The notes under the pieces: model-generated
Seen by the model: only the letters and a program-made list of their open reading frames with translations
What the model was told of the DNA's origin: nothing
Database searches by the model: none
Virus record (IMG/VR): IMGVR_UViG_3300027973_000053
Coordinates: 5,329 to 69,328 of that record
DNA length: 64,000 bases
Reading direction: 5' to 3' (one strand)
Source of the DNA: a virus
Shown here: positions 17,880 to 28,682 of the stretch, one piece after another
How the letters are laid out: every line of letters begins with the position of its first letter
How positions within the stretch are numbered: position 1 is the stretch's first letter
Position numbers and translations under genes: made by a program

Positions 17880-20800
17880 TTATTGATTAAATACTTCTTT
17901 TTTTGTTTTATCTGTGGCATCCGAATTTAAAAGTGAAACAATTTTTTTTAATTGGTCTTTATTTAATTCGGTTAAATCTATCTTTTCTTTTGGCTTACCT
18001 TCTCCCCTTGATATAGATAAATTACCAAACTTGTCTATATATACATATCCTTTTTCTTGAATTTTATCTAATGATTCTGTTAATTTTTCCTTGTGTATCT
18101 TTTTAAAATTATCAATAGTTTCTTTTGGAAATTCATCAAGCGGCTTTTTAATACTTAATTCATCATCTTCTATTTCTATTTTATACGGATTCAACTCTTT
18201 AAATTCAATGCCCTTATTTACAAAAAATTTGAATGGTTCTTTTGCTTTATCTTCTTCACTAAATTGTAATTGTTTTTCCTTAAATAAACTTGGTTTTGCC
18301 CCTGTACCACCTGATATTGCAGCCATAACTAAAGCATCAACTATTTTAGGGTCGCCACCATGTTCTGCTGCTGATTCATACATTACATGTGCTGCTTCGG
18401 CAATAGGTAATGGTGCAGCTTGCGATAAATATTCAAACCATCCTAGCTTATGTTTACCTTGTCTTGGCTTGTCGCTTGAATAAGGTAATACGTTTCCACT
18501 AAAGTCTGTGTTAAATGCAAAATCAGATACTTTTTGATAAAAAGGTGCTAGTTTACCTCTTAAATATTGTATAGATTTTTTTCCTGTTGCTTCCATCCTT
18601 GTATCTCCATTCAATTCTTCAAGTTCTTCTGTTGATATAAAAACTAAGCTTTTAATAAAATTAGTTACTCCTAACATACCTGATGTTGCATCAATATTTA
18701 TATCACCAAATTTAAATTTACCAAAATCATTTTCTTTTGGATTGGAAATATTTACTTTGTTTTTTGGATTTATTGCATTTTGCATAGCATAATTAACTGC
18801 CAAAGCCGATGCCATAAAACCTAATTGCCTACCCACTCTGCTTGCCCATACTTTTGCAAAAACTCTTTCAGAAGAAGATGCTTTTTTAGGATTTACCAAT
18901 GCTCTTACAGCTATTTCGGATGCCCTTAATGGATTCCTTGTTAATTTAGCCCATCTTGCCATCTCCATACCTCCTGCAAATGTTGCTTCATTAAGCCATT
19001 CCGGTACTTTTAAATTTGTTGCACCTGTTGAATTATTTATCAGCCATGATATTTCTTTTGCAGCCATTGGAACTCCTTTATCATCTAGGTCTAATTTTTC
19101 GGATTCGGTTAATTTATTCCAATGATAATCAAATAGGTCTTGTCTTAAAACTTTAATTGCGTTGAATCCCTGCTCTCCTGCACCTCCTAATTTGCCTAAA
19201 AAGTTTTGGCTTTTTTGAAATTCCTCTGCATTTATAACGTCTGGATTGTTTTTTAATCCTGACCTTTGAGCCATATTGTAGTTGTTCCTATTTTTAAGTT
19301 CCTGCATAGCTATTTCATAGTTTGCTTTATTTCCATAAGCATACCTCCATGCTCTGAAAAAGGCAGGAACAGTTTGTTTCCAAGTTAAGGGGTCAAACAA
19401 TGTCATCATAGCGTGAGTACCAACAAATATACCACCATGACCAAATACGGATATTCCTCTAATTTTATCTGAAATTCTTTTTAATAATTTAGCGTACTCG
19501 TTTTTACCCTGTTCCTCTACCCATCTTTTTGTTGCGTTTTGATTCTTTTTATAATTAGAGTTTTTTATCCACATTTCATCTGAAATTCTTTTTGTTTCAG
19601 TTGTGGTTATGGCATAGTTCATTTGCGACCAAGTCAATCCTAAATCTTCTGCAACTAAAGAAATCATATCTTTATACTCTACACCTTTGTCTAAATATTC
19701 TTCTTTTGCGTATTTCCATATAGCCTTCTTTTCTTCAATGCTGAACATATTCTTAGGGTTCTTTAAATCCCTTAATACGTTTTTATCAAGCAAGTCTATT
19801 ATTTCCTCTTTTCTTTTTTCTTTCAGTTCTATTTGTTCTTCTTCGGTAAGTGGTTTTTCTTGCTTAGATTTTATTAAACCTAAGTTTTCTTTTAACCCAC
19901 TAATTTCCTCCTTTAACTTGTTTATTTTTTCTTGTTGCTCGGGAGTTGGATTAAGATTATTTACATTTTTTTGCTTTATTATTCCGTTTTCTAAATCTTC
20001 TTTTTCTTTCTCTAATCTTTCTATTTTTTTCTCTTCCAAAGTTATTTCCAATCCATAATCTGTATCTTTTACATTCTTAGATGGAATCAATCCCATCATT
20101 TGTTTTTGTTCAAATATTTTATCCTTTAATTCTTTTTCTGCATTTGATAATTCTCTTTTATTTGGCGGCTCTTTTAATATACCTTGTCTTAAATTGTCTA
20201 ATTCCTTTTCAAGTCTTTTTAAATTTCTTGATTCGGGTGTTTCCGTTAATCCATAAGCATATTCTTCAACTTTACCTTTAGATGGAATTAATCCTAATTT
20301 TTGTTTTTGTTCAAATATTTTATCCTTTAATTCTTTAATAGCAGAAGTATCTTTAAACTTTTCTGCTTTTTGTTTTACCAAACCTTGTTCTAAATCCTTT
20401 AGTTCTCTTTCAAGTCTATTTATTATTTTTTGTTCTTCGGATATTTTAGTTTTAGGCTCTAGTGTTGGTTTTCCCTTTATTAAACCTAAGTTCTTTTTTG
20501 CTTCAAATATCTCATCTCTTAATTCTTTTATTTCGGGAGTATCTTCTATTTTAACACCATTTTGCTTTACAATTCCTCTTTGTATGTTTTCTAATTCATT
20601 TTGTAATCTACGAATTAGTTTTGCTTCGGGTGTTTCTTCAACAGCGTCCTCAAATTGTTTAGTAAATTGTTTTTCTAAATTAGTTTTATCTTTATCTGAT
20701 AATTTTTGATACCATTCTTTGTCTTTTATGTTATTAATTATTTCTGCTACACCATCTGCTATTTCACCTGTTTTTTCTATTGTTTTTGCACCTAATTCAA

Positions 20801-23800
20801 TTAATTCATTCCATGATACACCGGCTTTATTTAGTTGAATTTCGTTTCCGTTTTCATCTCTAAATACAAATTCTTTGTTTTTTAATTTTCTAAAATTATC
20901 TGCAACTTTTTTTGCTTTTTCGGAGAAAGATACTTCTGCTGATTCTTTACCACCCTTACCACCAAATGCTTTATTTGCAGCTTCTATTGCTGCCTTTTCT
21001 GCTTTTTTTGCTTGTTCTTTTAATTTTTTATTCTGTTCGGTTAGTTCTATTATTTTCTTTTCTTGTTTGGCATTTATTCCGCCTAATTTTTCCATTTTTT
21101 CCTCAACAGAACCTTTAACAACAGTAAAGGAATCTGAATCTAAATCTCTTTCACCTTGTAATGCAGTAAATGGCTCACTTGCTTTTGTTCCCATTTCTTT
21201 TGCAACAACTTGCCATTTGGATAACTCTTGCTTAGCTTCTGTGTACTGCCTACCATTTCCCCATTTAGCATACATTTCATCTGCTATTTTAGCCAAATCT
21301 TCTATATGTGCCCTTACAATAGAAATATCATCTGCTGTTGGCTGCATACCATCTTTAAAATCTTTGGCTATTTGCTCTACATCTGCTCCGGCATTGTATA
21401 ATAGCCTACCTCTATTAGCCATTTCTTCGGGTGTATCTCTTTGACCCCTTACAGGTTCTTTTAAACCTAATTTTTTTGCCAGCTTTTTTAATGCTTCGTG
21501 AGATACCCCTACCTTTCTTTCTTCGGGTGCTTCTTTTTTTGTTTTTTCCTTTGCAGCTACATTTTCCTCAAATTTTCTTGCCCATTCTTTTTCATCAAAA
21601 GGTAAATTATTTTCATTGTGCCAATCTTTTAGATGAACCAATGCTTCCGATATTGCTTTTGCTACATCGTTTACTTTTTCATAAACATCTGCAAAAGTTT
21701 CTAATGCCTTTGCTGCTGCTTCTTGAAAAGATATTCCAGATAGTTTGGCATCTTTGGGTAGGTCGGCTTTTAGCCAATCGGGTAATATTTGCTTTTCACC
21801 ACTTCTTATTTTTTCGGCTAAATCTCTTGCTTTTGCGGCAATGTTTTCTTTTGGTGGTGCTATTCTGCTTTTTGCCCTTTCTTCATTTGTTGGCTTTGGT
21901 TGTTCAGCTTTATTAGGATTGCTTTCTTTTGTAAATCCGTCAGTTTCTCGGTAGGCTTTCCAATAGGCATCTGTAAGTTCTTTTTCTGATTTCCATTGTT
22001 CATAGGTTAATTTTTTTTGTTCTTTATTTAATTTTTCAAATTCGTAATTAATTGCTTTTTCTGCTATTTTATCATTTAATTTTAGCCCGGTTAGTTTAAA
22101 GAATTTTTGTTGGGCATCAAATGAAATATCATTGCCTGCCATATTTTTCTTGGATAAAGCAGAAGATTCCCCATTTGGGAACTTATCAATAAAATCAATT
22201 AATTCTCCGGGAGTTATTTCATAATCATAGTGGTCGCTTATTTCTTTTGCAATAACATCTAATGTTCTCCCGTTTTTGTTTATATAGGCTTTGGCTTTAG
22301 AAAGGTTCATATTGTTTTTATCGCCAAACTCCTTATAGCTTGAAAACTTAATTTTACCAATACCAAATTCAGCTATCATCATTTCTACGGATGAAAGATT
22401 ATATGTTTTTGGTTGAGAAACATAGATATTTGCTATTTCAGAGGGGTTTTCACTATTATCTACTACAAATCTATCATGTTCTTTTTCATCCTTAAATACC
22501 ATATCTTTTGGTATTTCTGCTTTCTTTCCTTTGCTTAAATCAACATTCTTTTTCTTTCCATCTACTATGCCTTCTATTATTGGAGATTCTTGAACTTTTG
22601 CTTCCTCTTTAGGTAATACTTCTTCTTTTTTAACTTCTTTGGCTATTTCTTCTTTTGGTTTCGCTTCTTCTACTTTTGGCAACGGAAGTAAATTGTCTTT
22701 TGCTTTTTTTAATCTATTTAGCTTATCTTCTGCATCTACTTTTGCGGATACTAATTTATCAAATTCGGGGTCATTCCCTGTTGGGTATCCATTCTTTTTT
22801 ATATATTCTAATCTTTTTGCTTGTGCTTTATCATAAGCATCTTGTGCTTCACTTATATATTCATCTGCTTTTTTATGAGCATCTATAATAGGTTGTTCTT
22901 TTAGTGTTTTGGATGGCGGATTCCATTCCTTTGCGCTTTTAGGGGCATCTGTAAATTTTTCTACTACTCTTATTGGAATATTTCTAGCACCGTTGTCTTT
23001 AAGCACATCCAATCTTGTATGTCCGTCAGTTAATTCAGCAACTCCTTCATTTGGATAATAGGTTATTACTGCCGATTCTTTTAACCCTTCTTTGTTTATT
23101 TTACTATCTAATTCAATGGCATTTGCCGTAACTAAATTTGTTGGTTTTTGCTTCCTTAAATTATCAACTTCATTTATTGGCAATACAAAATCGCTATCCT
23201 TTGTATTATTTTTAATACCACCGCCTATCTCTGTTTCTTTCTTTTCTGCTTTTAATAATGGAGTAATTAGTTTATCATATCTATCGTATATTTCTTTTTT
23301 CTTTACCTCGTCTTTTTGATTAGGCATAGCATCATACTCTGCTTGTTCTTCTGCTCTTAGTTGTTTTACTTTTTCTTTATTTGTAAGTGTTTTGGTAGGT
23401 TCTGCTTTTATTTCGGTAGGTTTTACTTCCTCTGCCTTTGGTTCTTCAATAGGTTTTATTTGTTCCTCAACCGCCTTACCTATTTCAGTAGGTGTTTGTC
23501 CTGTTAGGTTGTCTTTTTCAAACTTTTCAACTTTTCCTGTTTTTACTATTCCATCTATTTCAGAATCTAAATTTGATATTGCCTTATCGTTATTTTCTAT
23601 TCTTGCATTAAATGAGTTGCCATATTTTTTTAATTCCTTGTTTTCTTCCTCAATCTTTTTTCTTTGCAATAATTTACCTGTAATGGATGCTTTTTGTTCT
23701 TCATTCAAATCCATTCCATTTACTACTTGCTTTTGTTCTTCAAATTCATTTAGCTTGTCCACTACCTTATCAGCAGTACCTTCGGGGAATACACCTCTTT

Positions 23801-25172
23801 CTTCCATACCCTTATAAAACTGCTTTACTTCTTCTCTTGGTGCTGATGCTACTATATTTTCAGCTTGTGGTCGTAAGTAAGAAGGTATCTTAAATGGTTG
23901 CCCAAGTGCCCACAATCCAAAGTGCATTACTGCCATTTCTTTAGCACTTTCAACTGCATTTTCGCCTATTTGTTCGGCTTCTATTTTATTTCCTGATAGA
24001 TTAGATGCAATGTCATTTATTACTGACCCTGCTGCTGCGGTAGCACCTACTTTTGGATAGGACTTAATAGCATGGGTTAGTGAATTAATAAACCCGGTCG
24101 TTTCAACTGTTGGGGATGGTAATTGTATATTTTTTGGTGCAGCATAGGAAAACACCGCATTTGTAGTAAGTGATGTTACCTCGCCTACTAAAGCTGCTTT
24201 ATTCGCTTTGTCATAGGCTTCGCTATCTGAAAATTCCGGATGCTGCTCTTTTATGCCACGATAATTTTTTTCTAGATTTTGTGCGTACCCTGCGTTTGCC
24301 ATATCCTTTGCATTTGCAAGGAACATTCCAAAACTTGCACCTCCTGTTTCCGGTGCTAAAGCTGTTCCGCCTATTGCCCCTGTTGTTGCTTTGGTAAGCA
24401 TAGGTATATTTTCACCTAAGAACTCACCCACCTTTCCAAAAAATCCAGATGGTGCAAATTCTCTTTTATTTTCAAATGTTTCCAGAGAAGCCATTTTAGT
24501 ATTCAAATAACTTATGGCTTTGTCTTTTGGAAGTGTTGCTATGTAACTATTTTCTAAATTTTGAACATGATTTTGCTGTACCGCATCAGAAAAAATATCA
24601 AAAATTTCAAAAAACCCTGCACCTCTTTTTAATACGGATTTTCCATTTTCGTTTACAGGAACTAAATCTCCGTTTTTAACTGATTCTATAACTTGGTCTT
24701 TAACATATGAGGGTAATTTTGTACCTCCCTTTGCTCTGTATTCTTTGTTTTTTTGTTCTACTGCATTATTAATAGCTTCTCCTATATCGGGTAAATTAGA
24801 TTTTGTTGCAACGTATGGTTTTGCACCTAATCGTTCTGCACGTTTTACTTCTTCTGAAACTTTTGGCGACTCTGTCTGTCCAAAATCTAAAAATCTATTA
24901 TCTTTTTTATTTTCTTTTAATTGTGATGATATAGCCGAAGATTGAGAAGGTTGTGGGGGTACTTTTTTTTTAAAAGAATCCTCAAATGTTTTATAATCCC
25001 CTATCTCGTATTGTGGTGCAGCTTCTTGCCAAAAGCCTTTTCTAAAATTGCTATCGGAATATATATTTTTTTTAAAGCCATCAAAATTCCCCAACTCGTG
25101 TGTTGCAGACATTGATTCCCATAAAGCCTTTAATTGTTTTTCATCCATTTTTTTTATTTTTGAGTTTTCCAT
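17880..25172 (-). CDS. large internal virion (cargo/ejection) protein, polyvalent, with ParB-like domain
   Basis: 2430 aa, Lys/Glu-rich; ELTDGHTRL motif; position after tail genes. Confidence 0.75.
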   Translation of the reverse strand: MENSKIKKMDEKQLKALWESMSATHELGNFDGFKKNIYSDSNFRKGFWQEAAPQYEIGDYKTFEDSFKKKVPPQPSQSSAISSQLKENKKDNRFLDFGQTESPKVSEEVKRAERLGAKPYVATKSNLPDIGEAINNAVEQKNKEYRAKGGTKLPSYVKDQVIESVKNGDLVPVNENGKSVLKRGAGFFEIFDIFSDAVQQNHVQNLENSYIATLPKDKAISYLNTKMASLETFENKREFAPSGFFGKVGEFLGENIPMLTKATTGAIGGTALAPETGGASFGMFLANAKDMANAGYAQNLEKNYRGIKEQHPEFSDSEAYDKANKAALVGEVTSLTTNAVFSYAAPKNIQLPSPTVETTGFINSLTHAIKSYPKVGATAAAGSVINDIASNLSGNKIEAEQIGENAVESAKEMAVMHFGLWALGQPFKIPSYLRPQAENIVASAPREEVKQFYKGMEERGVFPEGTADKVVDKLNEFEEQKQVVNGMDLNEEQKASITGKLLQRKKIEEENKELKKYGNSFNARIENNDKAISNLDSEIDGIVKTGKVEKFEKDNLTGQTPTEIGKAVEEQIKPIEEPKAEEVKPTEIKAEPTKTLTNKEKVKQLRAEEQAEYDAMPNQKDEVKKKEIYDRYDKLITPLLKAEKKETEIGGGIKNNTKDSDFVLPINEVDNLRKQKPTNLVTANAIELDSKINKEGLKESAVITYYPNEGVAELTDGHTRLDVLKDNGARNIPIRVVEKFTDAPKSAKEWNPPSKTLKEQPIIDAHKKADEYISEAQDAYDKAQAKRLEYIKKNGYPTGNDPEFDKLVSAKVDAEDKLNRLKKAKDNLLPLPKVEEAKPKEEIAKEVKKEEVLPKEEAKVQESPIIEGIVDGKKKNVDLSKGKKAEIPKDMVFKDEKEHDRFVVDNSENPSEIANIYVSQPKTYNLSSVEMMIAEFGIGKIKFSSYKEFGDKNNMNLSKAKAYINKNGRTLDVIAKEISDHYDYEITPGELIDFIDKFPNGESSALSKKNMAGNDISFDAQQKFFKLTGLKLNDKIAEKAINYEFEKLNKEQKKLTYEQWKSEKELTDAYWKAYRETDGFTKESNPNKAEQPKPTNEERAKSRIAPPKENIAAKARDLAEKIRSGEKQILPDWLKADLPKDAKLSGISFQEAAAKALETFADVYEKVNDVAKAISEALVHLKDWHNENNLPFDEKEWARKFEENVAAKEKTKKEAPEERKVGVSHEALKKLAKKLGLKEPVRGQRDTPEEMANRGRLLYNAGADVEQIAKDFKDGMQPTADDISIVRAHIEDLAKIADEMYAKWGNGRQYTEAKQELSKWQVVAKEMGTKASEPFTALQGERDLDSDSFTVVKGSVEEKMEKLGGINAKQEKKIIELTEQNKKLKEQAKKAEKAAIEAANKAFGGKGGKESAEVSFSEKAKKVADNFRKLKNKEFVFRDENGNEIQLNKAGVSWNELIELGAKTIEKTGEIADGVAEIINNIKDKEWYQKLSDKDKTNLEKQFTKQFEDAVEETPEAKLIRRLQNELENIQRGIVKQNGVKIEDTPEIKELRDEIFEAKKNLGLIKGKPTLEPKTKISEEQKIINRLERELKDLEQGLVKQKAEKFKDTSAIKELKDKIFEQKQKLGLIPSKGKVEEYAYGLTETPESRNLKRLEKELDNLRQGILKEPPNKRELSNAEKELKDKIFEQKQMMGLIPSKNVKDTDYGLEITLEEKKIERLEKEKEDLENGIIKQKNVNNLNPTPEQQEKINKLKEEISGLKENLGLIKSKQEKPLTEEEQIELKEKRKEEIIDLLDKNVLRDLKNPKNMFSIEEKKAIWKYAKEEYLDKGVEYKDMISLVAEDLGLTWSQMNYAITTTETKRISDEMWIKNSNYKKNQNATKRWVEEQGKNEYAKLLKRISDKIRGISVFGHGGIFVGTHAMMTLFDPLTWKQTVPAFFRAWRYAYGNKANYEIAMQELKNRNNYNMAQRSGLKNNPDVINAEEFQKSQNFLGKLGGAGEQGFNAIKVLRQDLFDYHWNKLTESEKLDLDDKGVPMAAKEISWLINNSTGATNLKVPEWLNEATFAGGMEMARWAKLTRNPLRASEIAVRALVNPKKASSSERVFAKVWASRVGRQLGFMASALAVNYAMQNAINPKNKVNISNPKENDFGKFKFGDINIDATSGMLGVTNFIKSLVFISTEELEELNGDTRMEATGKKSIQYLRGKLAPFYQKVSDFAFNTDFSGNVLPYSSDKPRQGKHKLGWFEYLSQAAPLPIAEAAHVMYESAAEHGGDPKIVDALVMAAISGGTGAKPSLFKEKQLQFSEEDKAKEPFKFFVNKGIEFKELNPYKIEIEDDELSIKKPLDEFPKETIDNFKKIHKEKLTESLDKIQEKGYVYIDKFGNLSISRGEGKPKEKIDLTELNKDQLKKIVSLLNSDATDKTKKEVFNQ
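19860..20640 (-). repeat. four approx. 60-70-aa tandem repeats inside the cargo protein
   Basis: RLEKEL..L.QG..KQ...IKELKDKIFEQK..LGLI.SK; near-identical DNA at 20080 and 20281. Confidence 0.85.
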
Positions 25173-26497
25173 GTACCCGTTGCAGCGTCATATACTTTTT
25201 TTCCGGGTGTTGTTGTTGGTTGTGTTGTTTTTGGTTGCTCTTTTGTTGCAACAATTCCCTTTGCCTTAAAATTACTTGATAAAGACTTATTAGCTATTGT
25301 TGATTTGAAAGTCATTTCCGGTATTTCGGTAACCTTTGTCATATCTGGTATATCTGTAGGCTTCCCGTTTTTGTCTTTTTGAAATCCATAAATAGCAAAA
25401 AACTTGCCACTTGTCACCCCTCTTGCTATTGCAGGGGATTCTCCATCCATTTTATATTCATCTGCAATTCTTGGTGATACATTTAATTTTTCAAAATTTG
25501 TTCCTTCTGCCCCACCAAATCTTTCACCGCTTCTTAAATCTTTTATAAAGGCATCTAATTGAGCATTTAACGCTTCGCTATCTTGCCCCGGTTGATTTCT
25601 AAATTGAGAAGTATATTCGGGATTATATTGCTTAAAGGCTTCTTTTCTTTCGTATGGTGATAGAGAAATAGCTAAAGCATCTGCAACTTGTTTTGGATTT
25701 GCTCTTCCGTTTATTATATCTATATCTCTTCCAAAATATTTTTTATATATAGGATTTAATTGTTGCAATTCATTTGCGTTTTCTGATATTTTATCTACAT
25801 GATGGGCAAACCCTTTATCATATTGATATTTTCCAGATGTTATTGTTGATATTGCTTGGTTATTAGTTGGGTCATAAGATAACTCTGTTGTTTCAACATC
25901 TTTTCCTCCAATAGATTTTTTACCAATAACTTTTTGAGAAAGGAATTTATTTCCGGCATATAGGTCTTTTTGAAAATCCTCTGCACTAAATGGCTTATAG
26001 GCATCAAAGGTAGCTGCATCAAATGGTCTATGTTCTTTGCTTAATACAGGTGCTTCATTTGCTTTTAAATCTTCAAAAGTCTTATCTGCAATTACAAAAC
26101 CTTTTGCTCTTGCCCCGGCTACTGCTGTACCACCAACCCTTCCTCTTGCTGCTGCGTCTTTTGATTGAGATACAAGGGCAAGTTGTTGTTTGTTGTAGTT
26201 TACGAATTGATTGTATGCTTTTCCACCATCCAACATAGGGTTTTGTATGGCTTTTTTGTTTTGGAAGTAAAACCCTTTTCCTTCTTGTTGCAGTCTAGTT
26301 AGGTCGTCTATATCATTTGCTTTCATCCCGGCTGGGTTTATGTTTTTATCATAATCCATAAAGTACCGGTCTAAAGCATCTGTTCTTGCTCTTTCTTTGT
26401 TTTGTATGTCTATATATAAAGAAGTAGGCTTGCTTGAAATATCAACTGCAACTCCTTTTCTATATGGGTTTATGCCTAATAATCCTGTCGCTGCCAT
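25154..26497 (-). CDS. putative internal virion/cargo protein
   Basis: 447 aa in ejection-protein position. Confidence 0.6.
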   Translation of the reverse strand: MAATGLLGINPYRKGVAVDISSKPTSLYIDIQNKERARTDALDRYFMDYDKNINPAGMKANDIDDLTRLQQEGKGFYFQNKKAIQNPMLDGGKAYNQFVNYNKQQLALVSQSKDAAARGRVGGTAVAGARAKGFVIADKTFEDLKANEAPVLSKEHRPFDAATFDAYKPFSAEDFQKDLYAGNKFLSQKVIGKKSIGGKDVETTELSYDPTNNQAISTITSGKYQYDKGFAHHVDKISENANELQQLNPIYKKYFGRDIDIINGRANPKQVADALAISLSPYERKEAFKQYNPEYTSQFRNQPGQDSEALNAQLDAFIKDLRSGERFGGAEGTNFEKLNVSPRIADEYKMDGESPAIARGVTSGKFFAIYGFQKDKNGKPTDIPDMTKVTEIPEMTFKSTIANKSLSSNFKAKGIVATKEQPKTTQPTTTPGKKVYDAATGTWKTQK

Positions 26498-27405
26498 TAT
26501 GCTAAATTTTGTTGTTCTGCGGTATTTGTTTTTGCCAACATATTGTTTAGTTGTATAATATCTTTTTCTTCAAAGTTTTCTTTTAATCTTCTAATTTGAA
26601 GTTCGTTTTTAATTTTTGGGTTTTCCAATGCTTTTTTAAATTGTTCGGGAGTAATATTATCTCCATATTTTTTTGTAATCCCATTTTTGTAAAATATATA
26701 TCTCATTCCATCAATATCTGCTTTATTTTCCCATGGAGAATATGTATGGGTATTCGATTTATCAATGGGAATCGGCATTTGACTATCTCTAAGAATAGGT
26801 TTGCCTGTTTGTTGTGCTAATTTTTGAACGTGCTTATTTCTTGACATTATTTCTGCTTGTTCATTATAATTCAATACCATAGCAGTTCCTGATTCAGAAC
26901 CGGGTCTTGCTCCTACCATGTGCCCAAACTCATGTGCTATTGCACTAGCTTCTGAATCTGGATTAATAGTTACAAGTTTTTTTGAAGGGTATGCTTGTTG
27001 ATTAACGTAAGGAGAAACCTCTGTTTTTAATTCTTGTAAGGATTGAAGTGCTTTTGCTGATGCTTCTGTTGGGTTCTTATATTTACTTGCTCTTTGCTTA
27101 AATAATGGAGATAATATATATGCTCTTTGTGCTTTTGTTACATTTTTTATTTTATTCTCTATTTCTTTTTCATTTTGTTCTTTAATTCTTTTCCAATCAG
27201 AGTATGTAACTTGCGTATTAAGTCCATCGTTTATAGATTTTGCATTTTTCCATGAATTGCGTACTTCTTCATCTGTTGGAAATTTACTTACAACAGGTTT
27301 TTCCATCATTGTCTGCTTTCTCCCATAAGCAGAAGTAGAAATACCCGGTCTAGTAGTATCTGAACCATTGTAAGGAATGTTCCCCATTGATAGTGTTCTT
27401 CTCAT
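26497..27405 (-). CDS. zincin-like metallopeptidase
   Basis: IAHEFGH (HExxH) with downstream Glu (WENKAD). Confidence 0.7.
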   Translation of the reverse strand: MRRTLSMGNIPYNGSDTTRPGISTSAYGRKQTMMEKPVVSKFPTDEEVRNSWKNAKSINDGLNTQVTYSDWKRIKEQNEKEIENKIKNVTKAQRAYILSPLFKQRASKYKNPTEASAKALQSLQELKTEVSPYVNQQAYPSKKLVTINPDSEASAIAHEFGHMVGARPGSESGTAMVLNYNEQAEIMSRNKHVQKLAQQTGKPILRDSQMPIPIDKSNTHTYSPWENKADIDGMRYIFYKNGITKKYGDNITPEQFKKALENPKIKNELQIRRLKENFEEKDIIQLNNMLAKTNTAEQQNLA

Positions 27406-27408
27406 TGA

Positions 27409-28122
27409 TTATATTTTTAAAGGTCTGCCACTAAAAGAAGTAGGTGCTAAACCGGGCTTTATGTTTCTTGGTAGATATTCATTTAAAGAAACAACACTAT
27501 TGTTGCTACCCAATGAACTATATGTAGAGGGAGGTGCTTTTGGTGTATTTGGCATAGACATACCCAACATAGCTGCATTACCCAGTGCACTACCTACCAT
27601 TTGTAGTCCTGCGTTCTTTCTATCATTTGCTGCTTGTGCTTTCATTTGCTTTAACGCTAACTGCCTATTGTAAGGTGTCATTTGGTTAATATCAAATTGT
27701 GTCATTTCGTCTTGTGCTTTCATTCTTGTTGCTGCACCTAATGTTCCAAAGTCTTGTCGTCTATCTTGCTCTGCTTGTGCAACTAATCTATTGGTATTGT
27801 CCATCCCTTGTGCTGCAAGTTTTGATACCCCTGCCAAAGCCATACCTCTTTGATTGAGTGCTGAAAGTCCACTTGCCATTGACCTGTCTGCAAGGTTTTT
27901 ACCCATTACAAATTTAGAGGTTTGATAAGGAGAAGATTGATACCTTCTCATTGCTTCGCTGTAATAGCTATCTATTGGTTTGCTTCCTTGATATACAGGT
28001 GATTGTTGAGCATAGGCTTCTAGTTCTCTTTCTCTTTTCTTTGCACCCGATGTTGCTGCTTGAATACCTCCTACAATGGCTTGTGTTCCGGCTGCTGCTA
28101 ATCCTATTGCTAATGGTAACAT
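27409..28122 (-). CDS. internal virion (pilot/ejection) protein
   Basis: Ala/Gly-rich hydrophobic N-terminus MLPLAIGLAAAG, Gln/Ala-rich helices. Confidence 0.7.
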   Translation of the reverse strand: MLPLAIGLAAAGTQAIVGGIQAATSGAKKRERELEAYAQQSPVYQGSKPIDSYYSEAMRRYQSSPYQTSKFVMGKNLADRSMASGLSALNQRGMALAGVSKLAAQGMDNTNRLVAQAEQDRRQDFGTLGAATRMKAQDEMTQFDINQMTPYNRQLALKQMKAQAANDRKNAGLQMVGSALGNAAMLGMSMPNTPKAPPSTYSSLGSNNSVVSLNEYLPRNIKPGLAPTSFSGRPLKI

Positions 28123-28123
28123 A

Positions 28124-28672
28124 TTATCTATTATTTAAAGGCGAATTTATAAACTTTACTGTTGCACTATTCAAATATACAAAGGTTGAGGGATTATTTT
28201 TCTGAAATTTTACCACAACGAATACTCCTTTTAACTGATTACCCTCAATTAAACCTCCAATGCTATTTTTATCTCTTAAAAATGATGCATGGTACTCGGA
28301 TTCAATATTAACAAAGTCGCTTTCTAGTAATTCCGATTCCTGCCTTATGTTTACGTTGCTATCCATTTGAGTATAAATTTCGGGGCAAGACCATACTGTA
28401 TTTCCGTTTTGCATTACCGAAATCCACGTTTTTTTGTTAATTAAATCTCCTGCAAATACTGCTTGAATAAAGCAAGGGTATTGAGTACCATAAAAGTTAC
28501 AATAAGCTGCTGATGTAGTGTGTTTCCATAATCCACCATCTTTAAATGTTAAAAGAGTAGTGTTTAAGCAGCCCATCATTTCGGGCTTATATGAATGAAA
28601 AGATTCAAATTTATTTTCATCCTCGTCAAAGGATATTGTATATGAATCTTGATGAAATGTTAAACTAGGCAT
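28124..28672 (-). CDS. C-terminal part of tail stabilisation (muzzle-like) protein
   Basis: TISFDE...FESFHSYKPE...TFKDGGLWKH...NFYG resembles the C-terminus of crAss-like stabilisation proteins. Confidence 0.65.
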   Translation of the reverse strand: MPSLTFHQDSYTISFDEDENKFESFHSYKPEMMGCLNTTLLTFKDGGLWKHTTSAAYCNFYGTQYPCFIQAVFAGDLINKKTWISVMQNGNTVWSCPEIYTQMDSNVNIRQESELLESDFVNIESEYHASFLRDKNSIGGLIEGNQLKGVFVVVKFQKNNPSTFVYLNSATVKFINSPLNNR

Positions 28673-28682
28673 AATTTAATTT

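Noticed and set aside
21132-21146. DLDSD in the cargo protein as an RNA polymerase DxDxD motif
   Set aside because: It lies in a helical Lys/Glu-rich context with no other double-psi-barrel motifs recognised; likely chance
18091-25269. Many Phe/Ser/Leu-rich + strand ORFs
   Set aside because: Antisense shadows of the Lys/Glu-rich cargo gene
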